A DNA stretch of 64,000 bases from Epiperipatus broadwayi (Eukaryota; Animalia; Onychophora): assembly GCA_028023455.1 (NCBI GenBank), contig JAQFVV010000001.1:23188001-23252000 (forward strand). Direction: 5' to 3'. Each line of letters begins with the position of its first letter. Within the stretch, counting starts at the first letter, position 1. A program made the position numbers and the translations under genes. Under the pieces are notes generated by a model. That model was not told where the DNA came from and did no database searches. It saw only the letters and a list, made by a program, of their open reading frames with translations. This document shows positions 14,168 through 25,656 of this stretch, piece after piece.

Positions 14168-14660
14168 AGGTATGCCACCCAGATGACACATTTAAACGAT
14201 CTTCAAAGCGTTTGATTCCAGGCCAAAGGCTCGCAGCCATGCCAATGCTCGCTTCAAGATATACATCTGTAACCAATGCAATGTGAACATGTTAGCATCA
14301 AATCATGCTGACAGGAATGCATCTGACAGCATGATATTTAAAGAAACATGATCTTCGTCCAGTACAGGAATGTACTTCTGTCTGGCTAAGGAATCATGCA
14401 TGTAATATAAAGAGAAAAACGCTACATATGGATGGGAGAGCAGTCTATCTTGCCACCTTATCGTCACAATCCATAGAGCTATAATGGGTCAGTGGTGCAG
14501 GAAATACATCTGCGTCCATTGCAATGATATGACTGCCTTTTTGGGGTCATGCATTCAGTTGGGCACGTTGCCCTAATGAGCGAACACACTTCACATTACA
14601 TTGATGTAAACGTCCATATATCTCTCCACCAGCATTGACACAACTACGAAACAAATCTGA
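14168..14660 (+). mobile_element. GC/CpG-richer segment, possibly an RTE-like 3' end (right half of the possibly split unit)
   Basis: Starts at AGGTAT (14168-14173). Frameshifted PGQR...RFK and a terminal KYICVHCN...RC resemble RTE GRP.LRFKD and the C-terminal C..C...H.R.C motif. Stops occur in all frames. Confidence 0.3.
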
Positions 14661-14960
14661 AATCAAAAACCCTTTTCCCGCCTCTTACGAGACCTCTCGT
14701 CGACAGTTGACGTCACTCTAATTCCGTTATTTTTAATGCTAGGATATTCGTTTGACAGTTATTGATCAAGTTTTTAAAAGTTCTGTAAGATGGTGCCCTC
14801 TTCTGAATTATTTTACAAGTAAAAAATCAATAAAACCGCATTTAAAGCTAAACAAAGAAAGAAGCTTGTCGGTGATTGGCTGTCAGCCGGCTCTCAGCCG
14901 AAAAAGACATTCTGATTGGCTGGAAAGAACAAAGAAACCACCTGATCAAAGAAAATAAAG
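14660..14960. promoter_or_regulatory. Promoter-like motif cluster: E2F, CRE, two CCAAT boxes
   Basis: TTTTCCCGCC at 14673-14682, TGACGTCA at 14708-14715, and GATTGGCTG at 14874 and 14914 (40 bp apart). All lie within a CpG-retaining island. Confidence 0.5.
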
Positions 14961-16175
14961 AAAAACGCTGAGATTTTCATTTCGAATGTGATTTAAGTAT
15001 TAAAAAAGTATAATTTGAGAAATTATATACTAAAAAAACAAAATTATTTTCGAAAAATATTGAAGATTTAGCAAAAAGAAATCTTTACTTTTCCATAAGC
15101 ATTTACGTCAGCATTTCTTTGTTTATACGTTCACTTTTAAATTTGCCGAAATTGAATATTTTATAATAAATAAATAGCAATTTATTTTTGAAAGAACTTT
15201 TGTTCACTTTCATAACCTGAAAAATTAGTAATATACTTTTTATAAACATATCTGAGTTGAATTTAATATTATAGGCAAATATGTTTTAACAATAGGCTTT
15301 GTCTTCAGTTTGTGAGTTGGCCAATTAAAAGCTTTGATTTTTACCTCATACAACCAATAATATAATTAGCGGTTAAAAGGTTAAAACTAACATATATTTA
15401 AATGAGGCTAAACGGCTATCTATATTCAACTTACATTAATTTTAATAATTTAATAAAAAATCTTTATTTTAAGATTTTAAAATCATTTTACAATGACACA
15501 TTATATTTAACTTATTTTTACTACAAATACTGTTTAATCTACTTTTCCTTTCTTTTAAATTCAGTAATGCACAAATAACGATAAGTATTTTCATCTTTAA
15601 ATTTAAGTTTGCAATCGCAAACCCTTACCCTATTACAAATAGATCTTATTAAACATGAATAAAAAAAACAATACATATTTTAAGAGATTACGTTTTAACT
15701 TTAGATTGGAGTTTAAAATTGCACAGTTTATAAAAAAATAAAGTTCAGGCTTGCTCAGGAAAGAAAGTCTATAGTTCATTTTAAAGGCAAATAAAGTTCA
15801 AAGATTTTAAAGTTTAAGAGAGTTTATATTTCATTTTATCATTTATAAATCTATACTCTCCTTTGTCCGTGCTCGTTCCTTCGCAATGAAGATCTGAGTT
15901 ACACAAGGGCCTTGTTCTTGCGGACAATGACTATTTATGAAGCTTGAGTATTTCTGCATATGGCACCAGTAGTTTGATCCTGGGATCCGTGAAGATGAAA
16001 GCTACCTTCGACCGGCCGAACCGAAGAAAGCACGATGAAGCTGATTACATTCTTGGTGACAGCAATAATAGCTTTTTAAATTTTTATTTTTACTTTCAGC
16101 ACAGATGAATGAATTTAAAACTTTAATTTTCTAATTCTCCCTTTTTTTATTTCTTTTGGATTTTTCTTTTTATAG

Positions 16176-16262
16176 TCCTGCGGCGTCTTATCTCTGGAAT
16201 GCATGGATCCATCTCACATATTTCATATCTATATTTCATTGGTTCATTGAGTTTGTCGCCAA
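16176..16262 (+). other. Candidate 87-nt exon of an unidentified transcript
   Basis: Long T-tract acceptor ttttctttttatag| and consensus donor |gtaagt. Length is a multiple of 3 and two plus frames are open (VLRRLISGMHGSISHISYLYFIGSLSLSP; PAASYLWNAWIHLTYFISIFHWFIEFVA). No homology recognised. Confidence 0.35.
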
Positions 16263-16934
16263 GTAAGTAGATTTTGGGTTTTCCACTGAGGCCTGTCTAT
16301 ATCTTTGGGCGGGAAAAGCAAGTCTTTTGTTTCTATTCCTCTTTCATAATCATCTTTTCAATGGCCATTTTGCCCTAAGGATCTGTTTGTAATTTTTCAT
16401 TTTTAAGATTAAAAACTCTTCATTATTTTTAAAATTAAAAGGTTTTTTTTATTATATTTTATTTAAAGATTAGAATCTTTGCTTCGATTCTATAATTTTT
16501 TTAAAGTTTATCTTATTTTAATATTTAAATCAAACATTAATAAATTAATAATTCGTTATTTGTGCATTTTGAACGTTTGTGCTTTTAATTCAGAATTAGA
16601 TATTTACAAAAAAGTTAAATATTTAAATGTAACGTATATATATATCCCGTTACATATCACCGAACTTATTTTTAAAAAATGATAAAAAAAAAGACTTTAA
16701 TTAGAGTTAATACTAATTGGCAATAATAATGCGTTAATTTTTTTTTTTTTTGTGAGCGTATTTTTAAATTATTAAATCATTCCTTTTCTTTTTTAAATAT
16801 TAAAATTATTTGACGATCGTATTTATACCTGACAGTCACATCTTATCCTAACTTATTCCTACTATATCTATTCTGAAGTTCAGGATGCTATTCACACTAT
16901 TTCCTAAACTATTTTATTTGTATCAGGGTCTTCG

Positions 16935-17638
16935 TGGTTAGTGAATATCATGCCACACTTGACAGATACGAGCGGCAATTTTCTCAATTATTCTACTCCA
17001 TTTCAATATCAATAATCCAATTGTTTTAATTTTACAAGAAAGTTTAATGTACATAAACAATTATTCCGGCAATACATATACATATAATTGTAAACAGATT
17101 ATTAATATATTTAACATATATAATACAGTCACTGTCTCTTGCTTACTAACAATGTTCATGAGTATCTCCCAAGGTTAATTTTCTCGCTTTGACTAATACT
17201 CCTTCCATCTTTTCGCCTTGGCATACAAGAATTATTTTTAAAATCCTGGGTCTGCAAAAAGAAGCTCTGTTTTCCTCTGCTGCTTCCAGTGTCTGATTTT
17301 TTATGCAAGGCAACAAAACTGCCACCCCCAGTAAAGAAAAAGCGTTCTTTTTTTTCCTGTTTTCTGGAGTAATTTCTTATTCATTTTCTATCCCTGGTGG
17401 GCATGTTTTCTTGATCTTATCTCTTGGGTTTTATTTAATTATTTCTTTTTGGAATTTGATTGTTGATTAATTATTGACAATCAGATTAATTATGGGCAAT
17501 CGAATTCCTGCGTAATCAGATATTTTTTTGTTTTATTCCTTTACTGTTTTAGTAATTATTTTTGTTCTTAAATTATTTTTAGCCGGTCAGAGACACACAT
17601 TTAATTTGTGATTTTATTAGTGATTAGTAACTATTCCA
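16935..17638 (-). repeat. 3' LTR (left boundary uncertain, 16935-16958)
   Basis: About 88-90% identical to 21502-22189 in a hand-compared 115-bp block. Begins TGGAATAG on the minus strand at 17638, directly after the PPT. Confidence 0.9.
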
Positions 17639-17650
17639 ATCCTCCCCTTA
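17639..17650 (-). promoter_or_regulatory. Polypurine tract
   Basis: Minus strand taaggggaggat immediately 5' of the 3' LTR TG. Confidence 0.85.
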
Positions 17651-17717
17651 CTCCAGAAATCATTTGTTTTACATGTAATCTTGTAATCTTTTTGGTTTAC
17701 TTTTACTCCGTTGGGGT

Positions 17718-20700
17718 CTAGGCGATTTTTGCCTCTCCCTGGGTTTGTTCGTCATTTTTTGTTTCCATTTTGCTAAGATTTTGCAGTTGTACTTTTTCCT
17801 CTTTTTTTTTGGCATCTGGATCTGTTTGTTCACTCTCTCTCTCTCTGCCTTGGGTTTGGTTTTCTGTTTCTTCCATGTGTGGTATTATTGTAGTTGGAAA
17901 TAGCATCTCTTTAACTATTCAACAAAGAACATGGTTTATGTGTTGTTTGTATCGTTTATCCTTCCCATCTTTAATGGTTAATATTTGTCTGGATTTCTTT
18001 TCCGTAATTGTACCTTCGATCTACTTCTTTTGCAATGTGTCACATAATCATATTTTTTCACCAATTTGAAATGTTCTCTGTTCACTCATATGATGGAGAT
18101 GCTCATGTTTTGGTCGTAACATGTCTAATTTTGATGCGATTTCTTATCCACCAACAACTCCCCCGATGGTTTGTTGTTGTAGATGACATTGCGAGTTGAT
18201 ACAGCATTGCTTCGTGTAATATTTTTTGAATGCAATTCAGAGATTTTTAAATTGCCATTTTGATTGTACAGCCATCTCCACGATGCCGTTTGACTCTGGG
18301 TGATATGGGAGTGCACACATGTGTCTGATTCCATTGTCATTCAGGTATTCCTCCATATTTTGAGCTGTAAATCCTGTGGTGTTGTCAGTAACCATTACTT
18401 CTTATAATCCTTGACATCAAAATATCACTTAATAGTTTTATTGTTTCTTGTGCACTCATATTTTTGACACTGTGCTATTTGGCTCATTTTGAATATGTAT
18501 CAACTAGCACTAGCAATATCTTGTTATTAATAGGACCGGCATGGTCCATGTGGAGTCTCTGCCTTGGGCCAGAATATATATTCTTTTGGTTTCATGTTAA
18601 TGTGTGCTTGACATGCTGAGCATTTCTTAATATAATTTTCTATATTGAGTGTTATTCTTGGCCATCAGATGTAGCTGCGAGCTAGAGCTTTTGCTTGTAC
18701 TATTCTTGGGTGTTCCTTATGTAGCAAGTTTAGGACTATTCCTTCCTTTCGATGATATGACTACTCTGAATATGCAACCTTTACTAACAGACATTATTCC
18801 TATTGGTCCAAAAGGCCAGTGCCACGACTTGTGGTTTCTTTGTTAGCCAGCTTTTCCTAATCCAGTTCTTTTAGCAGCCTGTATCTATTATCGTCTCTTG
18901 TCCATTTTTTCACTGTTGAGGATTTCAGACTCCATAGAATCTATATAGTTGATCTCTATTTTATGCATTCGGGGTTCCCGTCTGTCTGGGTTTTTGGACA
19001 ATGCATCTACATGCTGAATTTCTCTTTCCTTGTGTACTAGTTGGTAGTCGTATGCTGTATATTCCTCCATCATAGCATTCTCGGGTTCAGGTGATCAGGG
19101 GCTAGCCTATCACTTTTTAGTATACCTAGTAATGCTTTATGATCCGTTATGATTTGAAAGGATCAGCCATATATATATTGGTGAAATTTCTTTAATCCAA
19201 ATATTATTGCCAGTGCTTCTTTGTCTATTTGACTAGTTTTTTTCAGCCTAGGAAAGAGTTCTAGATGCGTATGCAATAGGTCATTCTCCGTTATTGCATG
19301 GATGGCAGAGGACTGCCCCCACTCACCATTCTGAGGCTTGTGGTTAAAGTTACTTCTTGATTATTGTCAAAGTATATTAACAATTTATCTGATACCAGTA
19401 GATTTTTTGTGTGGCCAAAAGCATCGTCATGTATTTTTAACCACTGCCAATTTTGATTCTTTTTAAGTAACTCAAACAAGGATTTTGCTATCTTAGCTTT
19501 ATTCTGTAGAACTGGTTTGAAGTAATTAATGAGGCCTAAAAAGGCCTGCAAATCTTTGACATTCCTTGGTGTTTTTGTCTTTTGTACAGCATTTACTTTT
19601 TCAGGTGAAGGCTGTTTTTCTTTTCCAGAGATTACATGTCCTAGAAATACTAATTATTTTGGAATTCATACACTTTTCTCAGTGTTCACTTTTATTCCAA
19701 AGTTGTTTAATTTTCTGCATATCCTAGTCACTTTTTGACACGAGCTCTCCTCAGAGTCTGCTGTTATTAATATGTCATCAAAATATGGTATGACACTCTC
19801 AAATCTCTGCAGTCATTATCAATTTTCACCTGGAATATATTTGGGGCTGTTGATATGCCAAATGACAATCTATTGCACTTAAACAATCCGAAAGATGTTG
19901 TAATTGTTCATATTTCAGCCGTTTTCTCCAACACTGGAATTTGGTGAAACGCTGAATTTAAATCCAGTTTTGCAAAATGTGATGCTTTTTGTAGGCTTGT
20001 TAATACCTCTTAGATTCGGTACCGGGTATGCTCCTTTATTTAGAAACTTATTACAGTTACTCTATAATCACCATGATGCATTTGTTTCCATTGGGTTTTG
20101 TAACTACGACTATGGGTGTTGCCCAGTTTGCTATTTCTACAGGTGTCAAAATGCCTTTATTGACCAATGAATGGATTTTCTCTTCTACTTTTGTTCTTTG
20201 AGTGTATGGTATCTTCCATGGTTTATAAATTGTGGGGTGTGCATTGTCAACTAGTTCCACCTCTACGGGGTTTGTGTCTATCATGCCTAATTCATTGGGA
20301 AATAGGTGTGGATATTTATTTTTAATTTCTCTTCCAAGGGAGATTTTTTATTACGTTAACTTGAATTCCAATTGCTTGGAACCAGTTTCTGCCTATTATA
20401 GAGTTGAATCTCCCTTGTTCTACGTATAACGGTAATTTATATAGTTTATTACAGTATTTAACCAGAGTTTGTATTTTTCCCAATAGGTTTAATGCATTTT
20501 CGCTTACATCCTGGAATTTTACACTTTTCCAGTATTAATCAAGGGTCCGTTGCTGATAGGTCTGATATTATAGATATCCCCGAGCCACTATATTTTCATT
20601 TTAACTCCACAAATTTCCAATTCGATCATAAATTGTTGTCCCTCCATGCTTATATTTGTAATAGTCAAATTATTATTTGGTTTACCTCCCCATCTCTTTT

Positions 20701-21442
20701 GACTCCACTCTCTTTTCCTTGATTTGTGTCTCTTAGGTTTTCTATATACGCGTGCAATGTGTCCCTTATCTCCACATTTAAAACACTTTTCTTCTCTCCA
20801 CCTGCACTTTCTTGCCCTATGGTTAGTTTTTCCACAGCAATAACATGCCATTTTATTTCCCTTTTCAAAATCTGGTTTGTGTGGGTTATTCCAATTACTG
20901 TTCATTTTATAAATCTGGGTATTTATCTCTTCATTTGTATTTTTAAAAGCTTGAGCTTGTTCACTTATTAATTCATAAACCATTCTTTTCTGGATTGTGC
21001 TGATACTTTAAGTCTGTATCTGTTAATTGTTCTCTCAATTTGTCACTGTACATTTCCCAGAGTAATTGATCTAGGAGAATTTCTTCGATATATTATCCAC
21101 AATCCCTAGCCAATTCTCTAAGGGCTAAATTATAGTCTTTTATCGATTCCCCTTTAGACTGTTTCCTATTCCTTAGTTTTAACAGGCTATGTGATGGAAT
21201 GGCCAGGGGCTAAAATTCTCTCAGTTTCTTGACTAATTCTTTGTATTCTAGTTTATCAGTGGAGTCAAAAAGCTTATTTATTGACAGTTTCTATAACTCC
21301 CCCCCAAAGCATAAGAGTGCTGCCGTTTTCCTTTTGTTTTCTTGTATATCGTTCAGGGTAAAAAAGTTTTATGTTTTATATATAGTGGCCATTCTGCAGC
21401 GTTCACATCAAATTCGCTTATGGCTGTTTGTCCAAAAGACAT
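17718..21442 (-). pseudogene. gag-pol pseudogene of the Gypsy element
   Basis: Gag start MSFGQTAISEFDVNAAEWPLYI (ATG at 21442) and knuckles CYCCGKTNHRARKC and CFKCGDKGHIAR. RT PYTQRTKVEEKI...WATPIVVVTKPNG and QAFLGLINYF. Integrase LHKEHPRIVQAKALARSYI*WP, HMDHAGP and SDN.T. Confidence 0.92.
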
Positions 21443-21487
21443 TTTTAGTTGTTGACAAAGATCCTCGTCGGGTTTGGATCAACTGTA

Positions 21488-21498
21488 CGACTGCACCA
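21488..21498 (-). promoter_or_regulatory. Primer binding site, tRNA-Ser type
   Basis: Minus strand TGGTGCAGTCG lies 3 nt after the LTR terminal CA. It matches TGGCGCAGTCG with one CpG-type change (tRNA identity recalled, not searched). Confidence 0.65.
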
Positions 21499-21501
21499 GT
21501 T

Positions 21502-22189
21502 TGTTTTGTCTTGATATTGGCTTTATCTTGACAGATACGAGTGGCAATTTTTTCAAGAATTCTACTCTGTTTCAATACCAATAATTCAATGGTTTCAATT
21601 TTATGAGAAAGTTTAATGTACATAAACAATTATTCCGGCAATACATATAATTGTAAACAGATTATTAATATATTTAACATATATATAATATAGTCACTAA
21701 ATCTTGCTTACTCGCAATGTTCATGAGTATCTCCCAAGGTTCAATTTCTCACTCTGGCTAATTCTTCAGTCTTCTCGCCTTGGTGTACAAGAATTATTTT
21801 TAAGATTCTGGGTCTGCAAAAAGAAGCTGTCTTCCTTTGCTATTTCCTGTGTCTGATTTTCTATGCGAGACAACAAAATTGCCAACCCCCCCCCCCCAGA
21901 TAAAAAAAGCATTTTTTTCCCTTTGTTTTCTGGAGTAATTTCTTATTCGTTTTCTATCCCTAGTGGGCATGTTTTCTTGATCTTATCTCTTGGTTTTATT
22001 TAATTATTTCTTTTTGGAATTCGATTGTTGATTATTGATAATCGGATTAATTATGAGCAATCGAATTCCTGCGTAATCAAATTTTTTTTAGTTTTATTCC
22101 TTTACTGTTTTAGTAATAATTTTTGTTCTTAAATTATTTTTAGCTGGTCATTTAGAGACACATTTTATTAATGATTAGTAACTATTCCA
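21502..22189 (-). repeat. 5' LTR
   Basis: TG...CA termini on the minus strand; direct repeat of 16935-17638. Confidence 0.9.
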
Positions 22190-23380
22190 GCTAGAAAGAC
22201 ATTGTGAGATCTCTGGAATAGTTTTTAATAGGAATTTTATTAATTAAATAATTGATTATACCTATAACTAAAAAGTTGTGTTGAGAGAATATCTGTTAGA
22301 ATTTTTACAAAAATACTTGAATTGACCAAGTCAAGGGGCAATTTAAAATTCACTTTTAGTGTGCAGTATTTGATAAGTTTAATAGGACAACTTGAATGGA
22401 TTTTTTTAAAATGTAAGACATTATGTTCTTCAGATTTAAATAGATCTTTTTTAAATTTTATTTGGCAATTGTTTTTAAGTTAATATCTTTTAAGTGAATA
22501 AGTTTTTAATGAAAAATTTGGTGTTCCAGATTTTTTTTTATATAAAAAAAACTGCATTTCTTCTTAATAGAAAAGTTATAAGAATGCATACATAAATAAA
22601 TAAAAATAATGTTTTTTATTACTTGGAAATTTGTAAGAAATTTGAACACTGGAATTGAAAGAAGTGGAGCTGCAGTCCATGCAACTTGAGTTCCAGAATT
22701 TGCCACACTACCATTTCACTAAACCAATTAGGACATCATATATATTACAGGTTAGTTGGGTTTTTTTTAATTAATGTCAAAATAATATACAGTAACTATT
22801 TACAACAAATGTTGAAATACCATCTGAAGCCAATGATGTATTTGTTTTAAATTTGTTTATACCATCTTTGCAGAAATAAAATCACTTGGTTAACTTTTAT
22901 CAATCTTCATACAATTGCCAATTGGAAACATTTGTGGCAAACTGCTTTAGATATTCTACTATACATTGGTACTTGAAAAATTATAAATATGATAATGAGC
23001 TTTGATTGGGAATAAATCTTTAATGCATGAGATAATATTTGATACAGTCACATGGATTATTTATCTTTTGAAGAGGCAGTTTTCTAATCATCTAGATATA
23101 ATCAATACATTATTTTTAAACTATATATAAACACAAATGAACAACTTTGCAAACATTTTTAATGTCACTACATTAACCTTGTCATTAAAAATATTATGTT
23201 GATTAGTTATTTCATATTCACCTATAAAATTAATTCTTGGTGTAACCTTGAATTCTGTGTAAAAGTTAAACTTAAGTAGAAAATGTTTAGGGGGAAATCA
23301 GCCAACAGAAAAGTTTTCCTCTTTTATCTTCAATTAAATTTGCTAATTAGAAATTTCATATTAATAGAGATAAAAAATTT

Positions 23381-23652
23381 TTTTTATATTAAATGCTTGT
23401 ATTGACCACTAAAAAGAAATAAAATAATTATTTCTTCAACCACAGTAGATTTAACTCTAAATAAAAGCATGGAGGAGGTAGTCATTAATCAAGTTAATCC
23501 CTTGTTATAAAAAATAGCATTGACTTAATTAATTTCTGTACCTCCTCCCCAGGTTTTTATTTCAAGTTAAATCTAAAAACAATTGTGGTTGAAGAAACAA
23601 TTATTTGATTCTTTTAGTGCACTGTCAATAAAAGCATTTAATATATATAAAA
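23381..23652. repeat. ~270-bp imperfect palindrome (MITE-like hairpin)
   Basis: The left arm tattaaatgcttgtattgac...ttcttcaaccaca..tagatttaact...ggaggaggta pairs with tacctcctcc...agttaaatcta...tgtggttgaagaa...gtcaataaaagcatttaata. Loop is about 20 nt. Confidence 0.9.
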
Positions 23653-25281
23653 GATTACCTCATATATTTAGGTTATTATTAGTATTGGCACAGTAAATGA
23701 AAATGTAAAACTATATTATACTTTAAATTGACTGGACACCTATAGTTGATATATATCACTAGCTAGTTCTGCTGTAAGTTAAAATGTATACCTCTAATGT
23801 ATATATATATTTAATATGTTTACATAATAATATATGTATATAAGTGATTAAAAATATGAACTATTCATTTAAGTGAAAAGTGTTTAACATTTACTTTGAT
23901 TGAAAGTTATTTGTTTTAAAAATCCATTTGTTATTTTTAAATCATAACCTTCCAGACAGAAAACTTGTTTACATTTTTATTAACAAAAATATTTACACAA
24001 TGTTATATTTTTCAATGCTTATTAATAATTCCTATTATATATTGTGAAGGAAAATATTTTAAAACATATGAACAATACTAATAAAGGCTTCATTGCCTCA
24101 TGCATAGCAATATTTCCTTGTTGGATGAGCCAAATGTAAAAGAAAGCTAATAAAAACTGCTAAAATATAAAACAAATAAATGTCACTTATTGAATAGCTT
24201 GAAGATTTAGGTAATTGTGAATATAACAACTACATGTAATAATTAAAATTGGTGAACCCAGTGTTTTTCTCCATGTGTGCATTAAATATTTGGGCACTCT
24301 AAAATATATTACATACATGCACTTAGGTGACTAAAATATATAACAAAATATACAAATATGTTGATTCTCAAATGGCTCTGGCAGTTTAAATTTATATTTA
24401 CAATGAACTTATGAATTTGTAAGGCATCAAAGGTCCAGAGAATGCAAAGAATAAATTAAGTAAATGACTCGCTTAATGATAAAGTAGAGTATGCAATGTA
24501 TAATGAATTATCTTAATTGTAAAACAAATTGTGTAATAAAATAAGTTTATAATGATTGATGCAATACACATATCAAAGGACTTAGGTTAATAATAATATA
24601 TATTTATTGAAATAAGCATTAACTCATTAAGGTGGATAAAATGATAATTTTAATTTACCAACTGCAATCTAATATCCTATCATATTTTTATAATTCACCC
24701 TCCCCCTTTAAGATTGCAATTAGTAGATGTAATATACATTTTAAATCAAAGCATATAGTCATAAAAGGGTTAAAGATAAATTCAATAAAGTAATAAGAGT
24801 TAATATTGTTCCTTTTTTAAAAATAAAATTTATGACTTAATTCAAAAGAATATTTTTCATTAGTGTCATCACAGTTTGCGTATATATGACTTCAGCTGAC
24901 ATTCTATTGTTCGATGATGTTTCCTTTGGTATCTTTTTGCTAGTAAAAACAAACAGGGATCCATAAGCAATTTGAATCATTAGGTGATATCCAATTACTA
25001 TTTTTGTGATATTACAATTCATGGTAAATTCAATGATCTTAACTCAGCATAGCATTTGTGATATTCATTTCATTTTAATCATAAAGATACCAAATGGTGG
25101 GTGACTCATGCCTCCTCTCTAAGTTGTCTTACTCCCAGTACATATTTCTTTGCTATAATATCCTGAATATATTTATAAAAGTATGTGGGATTCAAAATCA
25201 GACTTTCACATGACCCTCAACCTCCATGCCATCTCATATTGCTGACTCACCTGATCACATATGTTGAAAAGATAAATAATC

Positions 25282-25325
25282 ACCAATATATGTATTTTGT
25301 GTTAAACCAGTACTCATCAGTTGGT
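25282..25325 (-). ncRNA. Decayed minimal type I hammerhead ribozyme (left arm)
   Basis: Minus strand ACCAA CTGATGA GTACT GGTTT AACAC AAAA TACATA TA TTGGT. Stem I and CUGAUGA are intact; GAAA reads AAAA (CpG-type change). Confidence 0.65.
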
Positions 25326-25614
25326 CCAGATTACCATTACACATATATACAATCAGTGCTCAGCTTTATATTAAGATAGTCAGTCTTCATAGTTTAATGG
25401 ACAGGCTTCAAACTACTCCAACCCTTCAGCCTTCCATTTCATTGAAAATCTGATGATGGAATGCTCAAAGCCAATATTAGATTTTCAATGAAATGGAAGG
25501 CTGAAGAGTTGTGGGTTGGAGTAGTTTGAAGCCTGTCCATTAAAGTATGAAGATTGGCTATCTTAATATAAAGCTGAGCACTGATTGTATATATGTGTGG
25601 AGTTGGTAATCTGG

Positions 25615-25656
25615 ACCAACTGATGAGTTGATTTAGCACAAAATGTGTACATTGGT
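25615..25656 (+). ncRNA. Decayed minimal type I hammerhead ribozyme (right arm)
   Basis: ACCAA CTGATGA GTTGATTTAGCAC AAAA TGTGTA CA TTGGT. Same core as the left arm with different mutations. Confidence 0.6.

Larger units (their letters stand above)
16935..22189 (-). mobile_element. Decayed two-LTR Ty3/Gypsy retrotransposon (Mag-type)
   Basis: Two ~690-bp LTRs, PBS, PPT and gag-PR-RT-RH-IN order. Many stops and frameshifts. No TSD found. Confidence 0.95.

Noticed and set aside
14480-14560. Minus-strand SHIIAMDADVFP as a glycosyltransferase DxD motif or viral remnant
   Set aside because: The motif is short, bounded by stops and frameshifts, and no family context was recognisable.
16176-16230. 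ERO1-like motif RRLISGMHGSI
   Set aside because: Only a short resemblance to RLISGLHASI; flanking residues do not match and no other ERO1 exon was found.
16147-16296. Minus-strand open frame TGLSGKPKIYLLG... resembling caspase GKPK
   Set aside because: It lacks the QACRG catalytic motif and has no supporting exons.
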